NCBI GenBank assembly: GCA_000165425.1
Contig: CT868352.1
Coordinates: 434,001 to 481,750, forward strand
Source of the DNA: Paramecium tetraurelia
Lineage: Eukaryota
Direction of reading: 5' to 3'
Length of the DNA stretch: 47,750 nt
Part shown: positions 40,301 through 47,750 of the stretch, piece after piece
Numbering within the stretch: the stretch's first letter is position 1
Layout of the letters: every line of letters starts with the position of its first letter
The notes under the pieces: generated by a model
The model's input: only the letters and a program-made list of their open reading frames with translations
Databases searched by the model: none
What the model was told of the DNA's origin: nothing
Position numbers and translations under genes: made by a program

Positions 40301-41908
40301 TAAATACTCCTAATAAAAACGGATATACTTTGAACCTCATTAAATTTACATTCGTTTCAATATCTTGGGATAGCTAATTGATTAAAGCAATTGATTTTAG
40401 TTTAATAAGGTTCATCGATGTTTGCGACTGTGGCAGATGATGATAAATATCTTATAACATTGGTTAACTATGATTCAATCGAAATAAAAACTCAATAGTA
40501 ATTATGCTTTATGTTGGAAATATGTTATCATTTATGTCTGAAATCGAATGTGTAAATTCTACTTCCTTAAATTTCTGTATTAGAAGTGAAATACTTAGAT
40601 TTGTTTTAATTTTTATCTTTAAACAATTTCAAATTAAACTCTTAGTTTAATTTCTTAGTGATTAGAATAGCAAATTATTTTTTATAGTATGCATATGTAC
40701 TTGTTCAACTATTAAGAAATCAATACCAACCTAACTGAGGTCAATTTACCCAGCCTTTCAATATACATGGGTTGTTACAAATCATTAATATTGATTACTA
40801 TCACATTAATTCATTTTAATATTTATATTTATAGAACCTTTTCTCGCAACATTTAAATCATCAAAAAATAGATATATTAGGAAAGAAGAATGAAAATATC
40901 TTGATAATTTATGATTAGATGATCAGTTCCGTTGTCTTTTTTCCATAATCAGCATAATGTTAATAAAGAAATTTGTACGCCTACCGCTGCCAACACCTTT
41001 CATTACATGGTGATAAGTAAAAAATGGTCAATCTTGTTTTGTATCATAATTATTCGTTGGTTTTTATTTTAATTTTATATCCGACTGCAAATAATTTAAC
41101 TTATGTTTACATAGGTTAGAACAGTATATTACCTTTAAAACATCTGTCGAAGAGATTTCTAGCAGGAAAGCTACCCAATCAAGTTCTTAATATATTTTAA
41201 TCATGGCTATTCTTAATGATTGTCATTTATTTGAGGTTCAATAGAATAGTCTAATCAGAATTTATCATAAAAACCATTTTCATTATAATTATATAATTAG
41301 CTATTTATAAATAATGAAATGAGTTCATATGTATATTGTTGATGAATAATGAAATTTAAAATTAAGCTTGAAATATATAACTTATAAAATAAAGTGATTA
41401 ATATGTAGATTTTAGTTATAATTCTATTTCTATTCAATTTTTTGTAACAAATGCATCATTAGCTGTATCTACTAGATTTTACCGAACCCCAATCTTGAGT
41501 CCTCGACGAAACACCTAAAATATCTGCCACTATATTTTAATTTTATTTGAACTATTATTCATCCTTCCTTTATTAGGTAATTCTAAAAATTAGAATGATA
41601 TTCAATACTAGGTTCAAATTTACCAAACTTCTATATTCAAGCGAAAAGGTTTTTCCCATGTTTGTAGTGTTAAATCAGCATTAGTACAATTAAGGTATTT
41701 AACCTTTGCATAACCAATTTTGCTTTTGCATATATTCCTATTATTTATTCGTCTACAATAATTTAGTTTAGTAGACAATTATTGTTTCTATAATCCATGC
41801 TTCATTATTACTATTCTCATAAACATATTTATGTTTTTGTATTCTCCTTAATTATTCATTAAATAATTCCGTTATCAGGTATACTAACTGACAAATATAC
41901 TAAATAAA

Positions 41909-42099
41909 NNNNNNNNNNNNNNNNNNNNNNNNNNNNNNNNNNNNNNNNNNNNNNNNNNNNNNNNNNNNNNNNNNNNNNNNNNNNNNNNNNNNNNNNNNNN
42001 NNNNNNNNNNNNNNNNNNNNNNNNNNNNNNNNNNNNNNNNNNNNNNNNNNNNNNNNNNNNNNNNNNNNNNNNNNNNNNNNNNNNNNNNNNNNNNNNNNN
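41909..42099. other. Assembly gap (N run)
   Basis: Run of N. Confidence 1.
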
Positions 42100-42100
42100 T

Positions 42101-44516
42101 GCGAAAGACTACCTTCAATGTCTCGAGAGCTAGGATGGTATAATAATTCTTAGAATGAACTAATACGAAGGTTAAGATGGATATATAAACAAAAATGGAG
42201 ATACATTTTAGACATGGGAAAAATAATAGGATATAGAAAACAAGAAGTTATGCGCGAATTGTAATGGAAAAAATAATACACAGGATGTAAAACAAAATTT
42301 GATTTCCATAAATTAAATAAAATAAGCAAAATAGTTCATCCAGTCAGATAGATCCACTTAAATTTAATTAAAATTGCAATGCTTGAATAATTTAAATGAT
42401 TCTGTAGAATAATTAAGAAGTTTTTACATGCATTAAATAGGTCAGATCTCCTAAACTATTAAAATCTGGTAATAATAGCTTTTGGATGCAGAAGATGCGT
42501 TTATAAATAAACTATAATAAGAGGAATTAATTGATTTTCCTTTATTATTATAGTTTATAAAGGAGTAATAATATGCATAAAGTCAAGATTAGATTGATAG
42601 AATAAGGTAAATTAATGACTTGATTTTGGGTTTAAAGGAAACAGATATAGTGAAAAAGTGTTTAAGTCTCCTTGAAAATAATCTTAGTAAGCCTATTAGA
42701 TTTGAATCACATAGTTTGAAAGAAAATAAAAATAATGATGAAGTAATCTTATATATTAATTTAGGAACTTTCTCTCTTTTGTGAAGATCATAATAAATAA
42801 ATTACTTTATTTAATTTAAGTTCAGAAAGATCTGTCTAAAAACGTATAGGATGCTTGGATTGTTTAGATGGAACGATAAATTAATATACATCAATCAAAA
42901 GAGCCTAGTTTATGTGGCATTAGATATCATAAAAAAGAATAGAGAAAATGAATAACCATGTTGAAATCTTAAAAATTAAATTGAATTCAATTAAGGGATA
43001 TTTTATAGCAATTCAAAAAGGATTTAATTGTGCAATAGATAATGCATTAAACAAACTGAGTCTAAATTATGAGGATTATATTTTATAAGTTAATTAGACA
43101 ATCAGTTATTTAGGAAGTCTATCCTGGTAATCAATGACTAAGGAGTAAATGATTTCAATTGCTAATGATTTGAGTTAAATTAATTAATCAAGTATTTTAG
43201 AGGATCCCTTATTTGATGAATTTAGTATAAAAGAAAATTTAGTTTATGAGATTGCTAAAGATACCATGAAATAGTTGTAAGAATTATAAGCAATATTTTT
43301 TGATTAAATCATTCATTTAGTATGTAAGTAATTGGATAAGAACAGCAGTATTACACTTTAATTACAATATTAGAGCGCAAATAATATTGCTAGCTAAAGC
43401 ACTGACATTATTGATTAATTAAATCAAAATTCCATAGTTTTAGAACATAAATAATAGGAATAACAATTATCAATTCAAATGAAAAAGAGTAAACTAAATA
43501 TCCAAGATTAATAATAATCATCACAATTAATTTCAAGTAAAGAAAAGTTATAACAATTTAAACCTTTCTCATATAAAAAAATAGAAAAATATTCTATTAA
43601 ATAAAATGAATTTTGTAGAGCAATAGCTTTCAATAAAGATTGTACATTAGTTGTGGCTGGATGCAATAATCTCATCAAAGTTTTTGAATTTTCTTAAGGA
43701 TAATTGAAACAAATTTAAGTTCTTAGCGAACATTAGAACGATGTTCATACTCTTTAATTCATGAAGAAGTCAGCTCAGTTTATATCTGGAAGTGCTGATA
43801 AATCAATAAAGATTTGGTCCCTAAATTAAAATAATGAATGGTTTTGCTAATAAAAGCTTATTGGCCATACACACTATATTAGATGCATGATTTTAGATAA
43901 TACCGAAAATCTTATCATAACAGGTAGTCCTGATAAGACAATTAAGTTTTGGATTAAGAAAAATGAATGGTAATGTCAATAAACAATAACAGAACATACA
44001 AGTTGGATATCAGGATTAAGTTTGAATGAACAGTAAAATCGAATGATATCTTGTGGAGGAGATAAATAAATATTAATATTGGAGTAGTCCTAAAAGAATT
44101 AAATATGGACAGTAATATAATAGATAATGGTCGAATAGTATGGCGATAGATTATGCTTTATTAATAATGATTTATTTACATTTTAACCATATTCCCAAGA
44201 TACTATGCTTGTTTTCTAAAGGAATAATAATCACTAGTATTCCAAATTAAAAGAGATTGATGTTAAGGGTGGCAGTTCAGGCGATAGTTATTTATTCCCA
44301 TAATAATTTATTAAAACTAAAAGCATCCTTTTAAATAAGAATGGCTAAAATATAAACATCTTAAGGTAAAGAGGAGAGAGTGACTTTATAAATGAATATT
44401 AGATTGACTTTGGAACATACTATTTATTTGGATAAATGACTGAAGATGGAGAGTATTTGATGACTTGGGATAATAAATCAACAGAAATTTAAATCAGAAG
44501 ATATGATGAGTTATGA
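42101..44516 (+). CDS. Zn-motif / helical / WD40-repeat protein with duplicated N-terminal module, 5' end in the gap
   Basis: KLCANC, then after intron 42743-42764 FCEDH...IGCLDC; WD repeats EHQNDVHTL..FISGSADKSIKIW, GHTHYIRCM..IITGSPDKTIKFW, EHTSWISGLSL; DGEYLMTWD; TGA 44514-44516. Confidence 0.88.
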
Positions 44517-46782
44517 TAAATATAAGCATATTGTTGTAATTAATTAATGAATAAGTTTTAATTGTATAGCTAACTGGAATTTAAGGCATAATTTTTAACA
44601 AGATATAGAATAATCATTTACATTATTATTATGAGGTGTTTTTAGCATATGGAAGAAAGAGTTGTATATAATATTTAAATAAAACAAATCTATATATATT
44701 TATTACTTTACAATTGTTAAAAGAAAAAAAAAGGTTTTCATTTGACAAGTTCTTTGATATTAAACTATTTAATTCAAATTATTGATAAATTAATGAGAAT
44801 TTGTAATACTTCTAATTCGTCCTGATTGATAGGCTTGGGTAGAAATGTGTCTATATCCAATTTCGACCATTTAATTTAACTTTCTTAAGTATTATAAGAA
44901 GAACTCATTAAAATTGTAGATTATTTTTAAGTTAATATCAAAATCTAAGAAATTATTACTAATAAATTTCTTTGTCTGCTTGTTTGAAATCCATTCTTTA
45001 CTTTAATTTCAATCTCCATTAATATTAATTTATATAGTTAAGAATGTGATTACATTTGAGTTTCACTTTTTCAATTGCTTAAAACCCATTATATACTGAA
45101 TCCGCTCGGAATTATAAAGCTTAAGCATCACACTTTCAATGTTATTTAATTAAATAGTATATCATCAACCACTAACGAAAATTTTACAAGAAGCTATACA
45201 TTGATATTAAAAATATTTTGGGTTGACAGGTAGATTTCTTATTGTATTTTAAAATCATTTTACCTAGGAGTTGCCTTAAAGGTGTCTGAATTTTTATCTC
45301 AATATCTTACATCTTAAAAATGAATTATCAATTTGTTTAACACCCTACTCATAAATTTAAATTTAATGTATATAATTACTCATATAAATTAAACATATAG
45401 TTATTGAGTAAATAAATTGCACACTCACCATCTATTTGATTCTTTTTATTTTATTAGAAATATTTCTAATATTACTATTTTAAATACGAGATTCTATTTT
45501 ATTATACCAATTAAATTTATGTTTTATATCGCTTATAGCCCCCATCCTTCAGATTTATTTTTGGGATAAATTTCAAGGTTTCCTGTTTTCAAGTCAAAAT
45601 TTTGCATTCATTCTGAAAAAGTCTATCACATTTCATTTTCTCCCTTTTCATCAAAAGTAATCCTAAAATTATTATTATCCTACAATTTTGCAATCAGGTA
45701 TTTTCAACTAAGTCAAAATATCGATATTATTATTGCTTCATTAATTTTTCCTCAATCTTAAATGTCTATAATGATTTTGACTATACTGAATAATTATTGG
45801 TATTCAAAAAATCCCTCAATCGATGGTGTAATTTTGAATCATCAAATAATGATAAGAAATTTAGACAAATTATTTATTCTTAATGTTGTAAAGTACTTAT
45901 AAAGTATTTTTAGTTTTGAAATATGATCAATATTTTAAAATTAAATTCCTATCATAGATATGATTATCAATTTAATATTCTTAATTTCAAATAATTAGAA
46001 TCAGAGCAAAAGGAAAACACTTAAAAATTCATACCAACATATGAATAAATTTAATGTAATTATAAGAATAATTAAGTAAGGTCTATAAAAGTTTCAAAGA
46101 TTGAATACTATTTAAAATCTGATCTAAAAGTAATATATTTTTAAGAAAGCAAAATTATTTTTTATGAATAATTTTTTATGATTACATTGATTATTATAAA
46201 AGAAATTTCTCCAAATAGTTGATATTCATGCTGACTTTTTATAGAATTAAAAAATATAGTCAAACTTAGAAATGGGAATTCAAACATATTAAATGATTCA
46301 TTATAAAAATGTTACTGATTTCATTAAGAAAATTCTAGCGTAGAATTACATTAGATAAACTAATGTGAAATCTACTAATTTAGGTTTAATTTAGAGAGTT
46401 TTGATCCAAAAAAAAAATCCTAAAATTGCTTAGAAATAAATGGAACGCTATCTTGTTATTCATTATTTCACTTTAGAAATATAATAATTATCAATATTCT
46501 CGCTAATTAGTTACTAAACAACTCCGCTGATTCTTATTTGTTTAATCACCTTTGTTTTTCTAAAATAATGTGATACTTTTATTTTATTAAGGAATCTTTG
46601 TCGATTTATTCATGTGCATATGAAAATTGTAAATATACTATCTCTTAAAGTGGGAAAATTATGAATAATCTATTAGTACTTATTGATTTTCTACATACAC
46701 AATTTCTACTCTTTAATCTATTACATTGACTAGAAGCTATTTTTGTGCTGTTTTCTATATATTATAATATGTTAATCAATTT

Positions 46783-47745
46783 TCATACTCCTGCATTTTC
46801 TTTTTAATTCTCTTCATTTATTGCTGAATCTGCTTCCTCATAATCCTTTTATAGGAATGCTAATTCTTCTCTTGCTTCTACGAATTATGCTTCCTCCATA
46901 CCTTCGTTAATATACCAGTGCACAAAGGCTCTTTTTGCAAACATTGAATCATATTTATAGCATACATCTGAAAAGACTTATGACACAGCAGTTGTATTTC
47001 CAATCATGCAAGCAGATCTTAAAGCTTTACGAATATCATCCTTTGGTAAGGTTTATTAGAATTGGTAGTCAATTCCTACTTTTAAACCAGTTGGGCACCA
47101 ATCAACAAATCGAATAGTTTTATGAGTCCTAATTTAGAAAATCGAGGAACTCACATCCTTAGGAATGATATCTCCTCTAAATAATAATAAGCATGAAATA
47201 TATTTCCCCAATCTTGGATCGCATTTTGCCATCATGTTTGTTGTTTCAAAAGCAAGTTTTGCAATTTCAACAGTCGAAAGCTGCATATGATCCACCTTTT
47301 AATGGGATATTATCGGAGCATAAGAACAGATCAAAAATTTTAACTTGGCATAAGGAACTAAACTAGTTTCCAATTCAGCCATATCCCTCAATAATGCTCC
47401 ATCATATCTCATAGAAGTAGTAATTGATGACATCACTTGAGCTATTATCCTATTCAAATTAGAATATTTTGGTAATTCAATATCAAGTTTATTCTAACAA
47501 ATATCATAAATTGCTTAATTATCCATAGTTATACAAACATCAGCATGATCTATCAAAAATTATGTTGCAAGAATAGAATTGTAGGGTTCAACCATAGAAA
47601 CAAACGTTTCTTGTGATGGATAAATATTTACGGTCAATATAGATTTTTTACAATAATCAACTGATAATTTATCTAATAATAAGGCACCAAAACCTGAACC
47701 TGTCCCTCCACCAACGGAATTTAACATCATAAATCCTTAAAGCTG
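46783..47745 (-). CDS. Divergent alpha-like tubulin, 5'-partial
   Basis: [91 protein letters not shown] 46783-46785. An in-frame TGA at 47746-47748 at the window edge is unresolved. Confidence 0.92.
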
Positions 47746-47750
47746 TCAGT

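Noticed and set aside
41440..41900. Possible MORN-like repeat remnants on the minus strand (also ~44800-45700)
   Set aside because: Only isolated fragments (GEYKN, RGLKIG) among multiple TGA stops; too weak to assign.

Overview
AT-rich eukaryotic DNA from a ciliate macronuclear genome, very probably Paramecium. Long reading frames are open only if TAA/TAG encode Gln (translation table 6, TGA the sole stop). Genes carry tiny 22-29 nt GT..AG introns, and intergenic gaps are as short as 12 bp. The supplied ORF track uses the wrong code and is mostly artefactual. All calls below come from manual translation and motif recognition; no database search was run. Bases 1-25.2 kb are gene-dense: a giant HECT E3 ligase (5'-truncated, 81-Gln tract, ~300 aa insert in the HECT domain), two hypothetical genes, a multipass membrane protein, a divergent kinesin fused to a CCDC78/DUF4472-like coiled coil, an acidic hypothetical, an FG-repeat nucleoporin-like gene, a putative secreted protein, a CAMK-group kinase, another hypothetical and a signal-peptide CS/p23-like protein. 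From ~25.2 kb the region becomes gene-poor and pseudogene-rich: a decayed thioredoxin, a cluster of Zn-motif/helical/WD40 paralogues (3 apparently intact, 2 decayed), a beta-rich hypothetical, a GNAT acetyltransferase and a divergent alpha-like tubulin cut by the window end. There are three N gaps. I found no CRISPR, rRNA, tRNA, telomere repeats or recognisable transposase.
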